The position numbers were made by a program, and so were the translations under genes. From the NCBI GenBank assembly GCA_043228905.1, contig JBHGNT010000005.1, positions 19,964,001 to 20,028,000 of the forward strand: a stretch of DNA of 64,000 nt, given 5' to 3'. The notes beneath the pieces are model-generated. The model did not search any database. It saw nothing but the letters and a program-made list of their open reading frames with translations, and was not told the DNA's origin. This DNA comes from Azolla caroliniana (Eukaryota; Plantae; Polypodiophyta). Numbering within the stretch: the first letter of the stretch is position 1; every line of letters begins with the position of its first letter. Positions 53,044-64,000 of this stretch are shown here, in pieces.

Positions 53044-56000
53044 TGTTACGGGCATGACCATATAATATCATGTGGTAAGTTTTACTGTAGTATTCTATAC
53101 ACATGGATAAAGTGTGAGGGTTAAGCGAGAGTGTAAAGAAGGGAATGATTACTTTTAATCCTTGGGGTTGAGACAACCCATTAGGCAAAGTGTGAACTTG
53201 CATGGGGGCCTTAGGTCTGGCTATAAATATGAGGCCTAGCTACCCTCATTTAGGATCTCTTGACTACGTCGAGACTCTGACCTTGTGGTTGATCAACTCT
53301 TGCAGTGAGCGCACCAGCACTAGGTACGACTCGACGCCACGACGGTGGTATGGGACGCCGATCGAGGCTCGAGTATGTCTTGATCCCTTCGCTCGGGGGT
53401 AGTCGAGTGAATCAACACCCTTCTTTCACTCTCTCCTTTCTTATTTATCTATCTTTATTATCCTTATGATTTGCTTCCATTAGTAGCTAGCTCTAACAAT
53501 TGGTATCTGAGCTTTTCTTCTAATGTTTCATTTGTTGATTGATTTTTTGTTGTTGGAGGGTGATCGATTTATATGCAATCGAGCTTGATCCAATAACTAT
53601 CAACAAAGGAACTTCGATAACTCTTTCTTGATTTTTTTTCTATTCTTTCTTCTCCCAATCTAATCAATTTATAGTCAATACGTAACTTTTTTTCATCCCC
53701 CCAAGCGGAATGAATTCAAGGAAATCCTCCTGGGCCAATCCCCATTGAGACATATTTTTTACAAATACAAAATTTTCTTAAATCTACCTTGCACGAGATT
53801 TCCAAACTTTAGCAATCTCATACTGCTCTAGAGGCACGTGTCATTAGTATACAACATGATACTAATAGACCCGATCAACGTCAAGGCGAACCATTGTTTG
53901 TCGTAAAGCCATTTACGGGAGAAAAAAAGGAAAGAACCAAAGAAGCAATCTACACATGGCTGGGCCAAGGGGAATCTCATTTTGAGCTCTATCCCAAGCC
54001 AGATAGTATGAAGATTGCATATGTCAGTCGAGAACTAGGGGGTAAGGTCGTTGCTTGGTGGTATGGGCTCTGCACTATGGGGAAATTGCATGATACCTTG
54101 ACAAACTTTGTCACAGTTTTCAAGGGTCAATTTTTGCAACCTCCATCTCGAACTGAGGCATCACAAGCTTTAATGAACCTCTCTAGCAAGAAATTTTCCT
54201 TACTAGAAGACTATGTTCACCATGCTAGAACCCAAATCCAAAAATCGGGTCTAGAAGGGAACAATTGGTTGATAACTTGTTTTGTAAATGGCATGCCCAA
54301 TTCGGACTATCATTGGATAATGCACGATAAGGATCCAAAATCCTTCGAAGAGGCCATTGAAATAGTTCTTCATTATCAACACACTTCGAAGAAGGACCAT
54401 GACAAACCCGAAGCGCCTGGGACTAAGCAGTCGCAGTTCGTTGGGAAACGCAAGACACCCAATGAATTCATGGATCGCAATTGTAAGCGACAAAATCCTT
54501 TTTGTGTGTTCTGCAAAAAGAAGGGTCACACGAAAGAGCAATGTTAGAAGCTCCAACGGAAAGAGCACGACAACAAAACCAAAGTTGTGGACCATAGAGG
54601 TCAGATTCCTGATGTCCTTCATGTCTATACACATCATTTAAGTAATTGTAAATGTTCTTTCCCTCACTTTACTACATGCAAACAGGTATATCAATGGATC
54701 TCCCGTACAATTCTTATTTGATTCGGGAAGCTCACACAACTTTGTGAATGATCGTTTGATTCAGATATGGGGAATCAAACCCATTGTAAGTGACCATACC
54801 TATAAGGTGCACTTGGCTGATGGAAGAGTACAATACATCAACGGGGTGATTCATTCATTAGGAATTTCTATTGATACTTATATAGAGGAAGTAGACTTCC
54901 ATGTAATGAATCTTTGTACCACTGATGTAATACTGGGTTATCCCTGGTTTTATAATAAAAACTCTTCTTTATCTATTGATTGGGTTCACCATTCCATTAC
55001 CTTTGTATTGAATGATTGTACTCATTTTATTCAATGTGTAAAAAAACAATCTCTTTTGATTGTTTCCTCTCCATCAATATCTGAGTTGTCTTGTTCTTCT
55101 TTATTTTATTGTGTACTTGATCCAAACATTCACGTTTATAATATCGATTGTGTCTCATGTCATTTAGCATAATTTGAACAACAACAACACGATGAAATCT
55201 TAAATGATTTTCGTGATCTTTTTCCGAGTGAACTACCACATGGGTTACCTCCTAAACGTAATATAGACCATCGTATAGATATTGTACCTGGTGTTACACC
55301 AATAAGTATACCTCCATATCGCATAAGTCTATCCGAAGAGGATGAGGTATCTAAGCAACTCAAGGACTATTTATGAATGGGTTATATACGTTATAGTAAA
55401 TCTCCATGGGGTGCACCTGTTCCCTTGGTAAAAAAGAAAGAAGGCACATGGCTATGTGTATTAATTACAAACACTTGAATAAAGTGACGATCAAGAATTT
55501 ATATCCATTGCCTTGAGTTGACGATCTAATTGACCGTCTCCAGGGAGCTCGATATTTTACGAAACTTGATCTCCATACGGACTACCACAAATTTGTATAA
55601 GTGAGGAAGATGTTCCTAAAACGACATTTCGTACGCGCTATGGCCATTATGAGTTTTTGGTCATGACTTTCGGTTTGACCAATGCTCCGGCCACATTTCA
55701 ACAAGAAATGAATGACATTTTCCGAGAACAACTTGGAAAATTTGCCGTTATTTTCTTGGATGATATTCTAACTTATAGACGTACACTACAAGAACATGTT
55801 AAACATGTCCGCTTTGTTTTACAATAATTGTGTGACAAGCAATTTTACCCGAAGATCTCAAAATGTGAGTTCTTCAAGAAATCAATTACTTATCTTGGAC
55901 ATCTCATAACCGAATGAGGAGTTGAAATTGATCCCTCTCGCATCAAGAAAGTCAAACTTTGCCCCACTCTTCGGAATATTCGAGAAGTTCGATCATTCCT

Positions 56001-58493
56001 TGGGTTTGTCAGGTTTTTGCGAAAATCTCTTCACAATTATTCCCAATTGAAGATGTCGTTTACTAATCTTCTGAAAGGTCAAATGCGTAAGTCTACAAAA
56101 CCTATTGTATGGAATGCTACACTAGACATCACCTTTAAGGAACTCAAGGACTTGGTGTGCAAGGCTCCTTCGCTTCTTTTACCAGATCCTTCAAAACCTT
56201 TTCAGGTTGAAACCGATGCAAGCGATTGTGCTATAGGTGTTGTCTTATATCAAGATGGTAAACCAATAACATTCGAGAGTAAGAAACTTGATTTTGCTCA
56301 ATGTCGGTATACCATTCAAGCAAAGGAATTATTTGTAGTTATTCATGCGCTAAAGTCATGGCACCATTATCTTTATGGAAATCGTTTTGTGGTAACTATA
56401 GACCACGAGTCCTTGAAATATTTTTGTGACCAACAAGACCTCAAAGGTCATAAGGCACGATGGGTAGATCTCATCCAGGACTTTGATTTTTCCATACGAT
56501 ATTGTAAAGGTTCCATGAACACTATCGTTGATGCACTGAGTCGCATCCGTGAAGTTAACATGCTTAGCTTCACTGAAATAACATCATATATTTATGATCA
56601 CCTTTGAGGAAAGTATCATGATGACAATTATTTTGGAAAATATTGGGCAAGAGTTGAGTCTGGAACAGACATTACCACATCCTCGAAGGAATCTTTCCAC
56701 ATTGCTAACAGTCTGCTCTATTGTAATGGGAAGGTTTGTGTTCCAGATTTGCCTGAGGTCAAAAAGAGAATTCTTTTTTAATGCCATGATGCTCCCTTAG
56801 CAAGGCACCCTGGAATACATCATACGCTCGCTGGCCTAAGATGCGTCCTAACAGACATAGCTTTGTGACTGAATGTCACCAATGTCAAGTTAACAAAGCC
56901 GAGCGACTTAAAGTCGCTGGACTTTTACATCCCTTGGAAATTCCTAATAATAAATGGGAAAGTATATCCATGGATTTTATTGTTAGCCTTCCTCGCAACC
57001 AAAAAGGTCATGATGCCATCTGGGTTGTGGTTGATAGACTAACCAAAATGGCGAGGTTCATTGCCACAAAAACCACGATAACAACTCCCAAATTGGCTTA
57101 CCAATTCGTTGACAAGTTATTTCATTTTCATGGGTTACCGATGGATATCGTGAGTGATCGAGATCCAAAGTTTACTTGTGACTTTTGGATGCAAGTCTTT
57201 AAGAAGTTAGAAACTACATTGAGCATGAGCTCCACGGATCATCCTCAATCTGATGGACAGACAAAACGAGTAAATCAAATTATTGAGGACATGCTTTCAG
57301 CATACGTTGGTGCAAAACCAACAAAATGGGAACGTTATCTTCCGATTTTGGAGTTTGCTTATAACAGCTCCAAGCATAGATCAATGATATATAGTCCTTT
57401 TATGTTAATGTATGGTTTTTAGCCACGAGCTCCGATTGATGTTAATATACATCATGATGAGTTACAAAGTATGCAAAAATTTCTTCGGGATATGCAAGAT
57501 ATGTTGCATATTGCACAAGATAATATAAACACGGCTCAAGATAGAGCGCGTTTTTATGTTGATCATAATAGGCAACCTCGTGTATTCAAGCCAGGACAAA
57601 AGTTATTTTTACGTGTACCTCACAATTGTAAGACATTGTTTATGGGTAAGTGCGCTAAGTTAGCCCCACGGTTTTGTAGACCTTTTACAGTCCTCAAACG
57701 CATTGGTTCATTAGCCTATCGTCACGCTCTTCCTGATGGCATTGAAATCCATCCAATTTTCCATGTAAGTCATCTAAAAGAACTTCTTAGTTCTTGTGAT
57801 AATACAAACACAACTGAAACTCTGGTTACTTCTGAAGAATTATCTTTTAAACCACATGTACAATAAAGAATTCTCAATGTTAAAATGAAAAATTCGCGTT
57901 CTAAAATAATCCGAGAATTTAAAATTAAATGGATTGATAAGTCTGTCAAAGATGCCACATGGGAATGCGAAAATACTTTTAGAACTAACTTCCCTAACTT
58001 TCCATTGCAAGAGTGCAATGTTTTAAAGAGGGGGGAGTATGTTACGGGCATGACCATATAATATCTTGTGGTAAGTTTTACCGTAGTATTCTATACATGT
58101 GAATGAAGTGTGAGGGTTAAATGAGAGTGTAAATAAGGGATGATTACTTTTAATCATTGGGGTTGAGACAACCCATTAGGCCAAGTGTGAACTTGCCTGG
58201 GGGGCTTAGGTATGGCTATAAATAGAAGGCCTAACTACCCTCATTTAGGATCTCTTGACTATGTCGAGACTTTGACCTTGCGATTGATCAACTCTTGTAG
58301 CGAGCGCACTAGCACCATGTACGAATCGACGCCACAACGGTGGTATGGTATGCCGATCGAGGCTCAAGTCCGTCTCGATCCCTTCACTTGGGGGTGGTGG
58401 GGTGGATCGGCACCCTTCTTTCTCTCTCTCTGCTCTTATTTATCTATCTTTATTGTCCTTATCGTTTGCTTACATTAGTAGCTAGCTCTAATA
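53044..58493 (+). mobile_element. Chromoviral Ty3/Gypsy element G, degenerate
   Basis: LTRs 53044-53498 and 58040-58493; PBS tggtatctgagc (iMet-like); PPT aagaggggggag; TSD agacg/agagg; CVFCKKKGHTKEQC, FDSGS, FLDD, ETDASD, WESISMDF, HPQSDGQT; C-terminal chromodomain FKIKW..DATWE at ~57870-58000. Confidence 0.92.
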
Positions 58494-60673
58494 AGAGGGC
58501 CTTTGAGTTGTTGTACAAATGCTTTAAAAAACTCATTCATAATTCCATCCCAATCCGGACTTTTATCAAATGAAAATGTCTCACTACACATTCCACCTCT
58601 TCCTCTTTTATATCCTCCTCCAAGGCAATCGTGACATTTTGCACCAATAGCAAATGAAAGCAGAATTGAATAACTTTGCAAGTGGCATATGTTGGTGAGA
58701 TGAAATGGACATTGTATTCCGCAACCTCGACATGGTATGATTTGATCAAATATTACTATGCTACCAAACCTTCCCTCATGAAGCAACATTGTTCATGCAC
58801 CACAAGCTTATTCGTTTACAAGACCTAACAATACCTCTTATGTGAGCCTATTCTGTGTTTGAGGTTCGCGTATAAGTCAATTCACGTGAGTTTGTTGCTT
58901 GTGAGATGTGGTAGGTTCATCTTGTCAAACTAACCAATCATGCAACAAACTTGCACAATAAATGCCACCAAATCAACATGTGGCATGACGAAGTGATGCG
59001 TGGGCATATTGTTCACCCAATTCTGTGTTTCCACTACCTACAAAAAGCGTGGCATAAAGGGTTGGCTAAATGGTTTATGTATTCGAGATTTATTTCTTGA
59101 GATATTTTAGCTCGAAGTCCATGAATGTGTTTGTGTCTACCTAGACCGACATAGTTTAATCGTTGATCTTAATACTATCCTCAAGGTAGTTAATATAAAA
59201 TACTTCAAAAACTTAGTAGCATAGAGAGAATATAGAAGTCTATAACAATGGTGCTACAAATATATCTCACCCTTAAAAAATCACCAGACTTACATTATAG
59301 AGTCTATTGAAGTTGTAAATGAGTGAAACCTTTTTGTCCCTCTCTTTGATGAACTCCATGGATGACCCCTTAACCTTGACATACTTGAATAAAGGAAATG
59401 TAGTTATTCTTTGAATTCTAGCAAACTACTTATTGGGGGTTGTAGGCTTTAACACTATCATGCACCTCCACCATGTATACCAAAATTAGGATGGGCATAA
59501 TTAACTTTACCAAACATCAAAACCATCAACAATCATGTTACCTCTAGTACAAAAGATGGCAACCATGTTGATGTATCGGGATCTTCAATATCTTTTGCTA
59601 ATAATTGTTTATTGTATTCCACTAACAACTTACGTTGCCTTCCATCTCCATATACATTCATAGTTTTGTGAGTTGAGATATTTTATTGCGAATTCTTGGC
59701 CATGATAAAAACAATGATAGGTCAAACACTAATGAATTGTTTGTTTCCATCTATATTGTCAACTGCAAAGTTGATGAACTGACCATTTTTAATCTTCGTG
59801 TGAGTATTAGTAGAACTCAGAGACACTTTAAGAAAGGGCATTGATTTCACATTACAAATTGATTCCAACAAGAAGAACAGGAAAAGAGCATCTTTCCACA
59901 TGTATAATGCAAATCTTTAGAAACATTGGGCAATGCCAACTTCATATTTGATCTCGATTCTAGCATTGTGAATAGGAAGTGAGTTACTTCCCTAGGTGCA
60001 TTGTCACAATTGTTAGAAATGGCAACAATACTCATAGAGCCACCACACACAACAAAGCTATATTAATACTTGAAAAAGAACTTAATACATTGATTTTGTC
60101 ACAATACATAGACCTCGCACAAAGATACTCACACATTTAACATCTTAAAGAGAGAGCATGTAGTATATAGTACATAATAGAGTGGTGTTCAAACTTTACA
60201 TACTAATTTACGATTGACCTTTGACACAACTAACTCAACCTCACGTGACTACTTTAGAAGCCATAGTTGTCTAGGGTTGTAGTGTTCATGGTTGTTCAAC
60301 CAACTAACCTTTTCCTTAACAACTAGCTCACCTTTTTCGTAAGTTTACTCACCATCTTCATCATCACCGCCATTTTCTTGCAATCGGCTACTTGGTGCAT
60401 CAACTCCATCACCATTAATAAAAGGAGCTCCACCTCAAACTTCATTTGCTCATTCTCCTTTGAGCAAACAACTGCTGCAACAACCCTAGATTGTACATCA
60501 TATGGCCATGTGATTGCATGATCCTAAGTTCACATGCTCAAGATGAATAAGATATATTGTGAACATTTAGTACATGATACATGCAACTAGGAAAAGAGCA
60601 CATTCTTATTTAAAAAGGTGTGGGGCCCAATGAATTAATAAGTTTTTGAAATGTATCAATGCAGAACGATGAA

Positions 60674-60860
60674 TCATACATCATATCCATAAACCATTGC
60701 CCTACCCAACAAAGGTAACACCATGTTACTATTGTCATACATCATATCCATAAACCATTGCCCTACCCAACAAAGGTAACACCATGTTACTATTGTCATA
60801 CATCATATCCATAAACCATTGCCCTACCCAACAAAGGTAACACCATGTTACTATTGTCAT
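60674..60860. repeat. 61-bp tandem repeat x3, identical by eye
   Basis: tcatacatcatatccataaaccattgccctacccaacaaaggtaacaccatgttactattg at 60674, 60735, 60796. Confidence 0.95.
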
Positions 60861-62025
60861 CGTTGTGATGTATGGCTTTGATTATGAGGATTCTCTTGTG
60901 ACAGTTTATAGGGCCGTGTTCTAGCCATATGGAATTCCTACATGAAGAGATATGAAAGATTGTGAATCTTGAATCGAGAAAGCATGACAACTGCCATTTC
61001 TAGATTGGCTTGTAGGTCAATTAGTTAGGTCCCAAGAGAAATCTTAAATATACTCTCTCTCTCTCTCTCTCTCTCTCTCGTTCATTGATAACTTCTACGT
61101 GGCTCTTGAGCAAGCCTTACGTCAATATCTCTCTAATGGTTCTAGTGGGTAGCTATATTCTAAATTTCTGAATTGTTCCTTCCTCTTCATCCTTATCTTT
61201 TAGTTTCACTAATTTAGATGTTTACAAGAAAGCTTGTTTGAAGATTGACAATTGCATGGTATATTGGTCGACTCCTTCCTTTGTAGTCAAGAGGTGGTCA
61301 AGGTTAAATAGGCCAATATGCCATTCCTCTCAAGAGAAATAACATAAGAGCATAGGGAGATGGCTTACTTGGTGTGATTGGAATGGGAAATGGGACTAAA
61401 TCCAATTGGCATGTGATTGTCGAGGCGTTGGGCTACTATTACCATGGTTTGTCACAATGCAAAACATTGTGAGGCTTTGATGGGGTCAATGATAAGTTGC
61501 AACAAAGCGCGGGTTTGGATAATGAATTTTTTTCTTTGTGATCATATTTTGATTAAGAAGCACGAGTATTATTGCAAAATTGATGTCAATTGTCACCCTT
61601 ACAATTAGCATGGTTGTCTCTTTGATTGTTGCGATCATTATCTTAATATTAGGATGGGTCACCCTAGTTGTGATATTGGGGTGGTGGCAGATATCTTTGG
61701 TCATTAAGTAGTTGAGGTGAAAATTGTGATTTTTCATGATGAGGGAGTAGGTTCACATGGTACCAAATGGTCACGGTTGCTTTGTACTAATCATAGGTTT
61801 GTTGGCGTAGTTGGCAAAGGGCACGTTGAATCTAGAGCATATTAGAAGCAATTGCCAAAGTGATTGACTTTAATTTAGATGGTAAGTTGCAAAGCTTTGT
61901 AGAAACGCTCCCCTTCTATCGTTGGAAGGGCATGTTGGAGACCGTTCATATGGAATGCATGGTTGGTATGGACATGATCCTTCTATAGTCCATGATGTCC
62001 ATACCAACCATGACATTGTGTGTCT

Positions 62026-62423
62026 CGTTGAGGGACATTCATAACAACTTTTACTGAGCCACGAGAAATGTGTGTCTCGTTGTCAACTCGTGGCTATTGT
62101 TAAGAGTCGACAACAACTTGGCTCAAGATTGAATAGAGACATTAAACCGTTTATTGGTTCGGCTCAACTCGGTTCATGCTTGAGCTCGATTTGGTATGGC
62201 TCAAGTCAAACCAAACTGAGAAGTCAATGACGTTGAGGGACATTCATAACAACTTTTACTGAGCCACGAGAAATGTGTGTCTCGTTGTCAACTTGTGGCT
62301 ATTGCTAAGAATCGACAACAACTTGGCTCAAGATTGAATAGAGACATTAAACCGTTTATTGCTTCGGCTTAACTCGGTTCATGCTTGAGCTCGATTTGGT
62401 ATGGCTCAAGTCAAACCAAACTG
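62026..62423. repeat. ~190-bp direct duplication (period 205 bp)
   Basis: cgttgagggacattcataac..gtcaaaccaaactg at 62026 and 62231. Confidence 0.92.
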
Positions 62424-62899
62424 TTCTATGCCAAACCAGTTAAGGCTTAATTGGTTTAGCCAAACCGAGATTGCCTTAACTAGTGTCGTGGTGTGGCCAA
62501 AGGTAGAGAAGGGTCAAAGAAAGGGGGTTTTCTATGAAAATATAATAATAAAAAATAAAGGTGAATAACCTAATGGTTAGAGTTGTTGACCTTGTATTAT
62601 ATGCGTAGATTTTAAATCCTTGTAGCTCAATGCAAATTAAGGACTATTTATGCTCTTTCTCATTTTCAAAACAAAAAGGAAATAAAAGCATTAAATGATG
62701 GAATTAAGCACCTCTGTTTCTATAAAAGGAAAAGAAGAGGGCTTATTTTAGTTCGCTCACTTTTGTGTTTTTGGAGTGCACCATTAGGCTTTTGTGATGT
62801 TCTTCTCCTCCTCGACTTAAATGATGTCTTAGGGTTCTATTTTGCTCTTTGTCGCGAATATTAGGGTTCTTATTTATTGTTCTACTTCTTATTATTGTT

Positions 62900-63360
62900 C
62901 TCAAACATACCTTGAGACATATTCTCTAGCAAGCGCCATTTCATGTTGGTGGATTGAAGGAGAGGTTCCGTAAGCTTGCACATCGACCATTTGAAGGGAG
63001 GACAGAGTGGCCTGAGAACACTAATGTGATTCAAAGCATCATAGCTGTCAGAGGTAGTCACCGTCTTGATGGCCCACTCAACTCGCCTACTCACGTGTTG
63101 TGTAGTTACGCATATGCATGTGAAATCTGCGCAAGACCATCAGGGACTTGAACATTTAGAAATAAGTTGGACAACCAACACGGAGGTGAAAAATACGTTT
63201 GTCTAATGAGAGCTCGAGGATGAGTTCTACATTCAACAACCTAGTATTATCAGAATCCAAAATTACATCATATATTAGCTTGAGATATCATTGTACAACC
63301 TCAAGCACGAAACGAGGTTGCAACACTAAATGATCAAGAAATGCTTGAGCTACATCCACT
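62900..63360 (+). mobile_element. Possible ancient Copia RT remnant
   Basis: ELEDEFYIQQP-like stretch at ~63210-63242; otherwise very decayed. Confidence 0.35.
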
Positions 63361-64000
63361 TCCTGATGTAAATATATAATGCAAGGTGACCCATATTTTG
63401 TGTTAGTTGGCGAACAAGGAGAAGGAGAAGATACATTATCCACTTCCCAATGTAGTTATATGGAATGGCATCTATATCTAAGGCCAGGTGACCCATAAAT
63501 TGTGTTGATTGTTGGCAAAGAAGGAGAAGGAGAAGGAGAATATATAAGGAGTCCTAAAAAGAATAAAGGGGGCTACAAATGGACAAACTTGAGACAATTC
63601 ACTCTACATATTAGTTGATTCCAACAGTATATGCTCATTTAATGTTTGTTAATGACTACATGATTCACGAAGAACATTTGTTTGCCAATTAGAATGTTAA
63701 GTGTCAATTGGTCACTAATTTTCAGATGAAAAATATATGCAAGCTTGTTCTTGTTCAATTTAGCACTACAAAATGTAAACTAATCATGACCATCTTGAGT
63801 AGACTTTGGATCTACCATCCATAATGAGAGAGAGAGAGAGAGAGAATATTGACACGTTATTTACCAATTAATCTATATGAAGATCACCCAAACCAACCTT
63901 AGTCGATTTATTTAGATTACATGGCATAATATGTGCACTATGGGTTGTGGTATCTTCTAAAATGCAATAATTTTGATTCAGCTAAAGGGCTACACATTTG

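Larger units (their letters stand above)
51073..59050 (-). mobile_element. Degraded L1 LINE ORF2 split by two LTR insertions
   Basis: PDWDGIMNEFF..KGPL / LIPK..WRPISLM..YKIFAK / GRNILHN-ILNVQM / LRQRCPLSPLLF / LADDS / RHLGYPIG; outer boundaries approximate. Confidence 0.8.

Noticed and set aside
59100-61950. Possible transposase or integrase remnants
   Set aside because: Too decayed to assign any motif confidently without a profile search

Overview
Eukaryotic land-plant nuclear DNA. The TE spectrum and intron style suggest a non-seed plant such as a fern (inference). Three spliced host genes: an APEM9/DAYU-like peroxin (5' end outside the window, 223-4555 +), a divergent plastid-type transketolase (7838-12832 +) and ACINUS (42144-45060 -). 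Between the last two lies a ~24.7-kb, three-level retroelement nest. Copia A (13338-38007) carries Copia B in its 5' LTR, a solo LTR in its integrase and a non-autonomous LTR element D in its 3' LTR. Copia B in turn carries Gypsy C and a 5'-truncated Penelope-like element with a hammerhead ribozyme motif. A second nest (47-59 kb) holds a deleted Copia and an L1 LINE split by a solo LTR and a chromoviral Gypsy. Most notable: (1) C and D look like an autonomous/non-autonomous pair, both tRNA-Trp-primed and both flanked by a 4-bp CCGG duplication, and D has a gag/pol-less interior of ~8 spaced degenerate repeats; (2) the Penelope-like element with a minimal type I hammerhead; (3) a G_GAU_UUU_UAG candidate -1 frameshift between gag-pro and pol of C. 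Coordinates were read by eye and boundaries of degraded elements are approximate.
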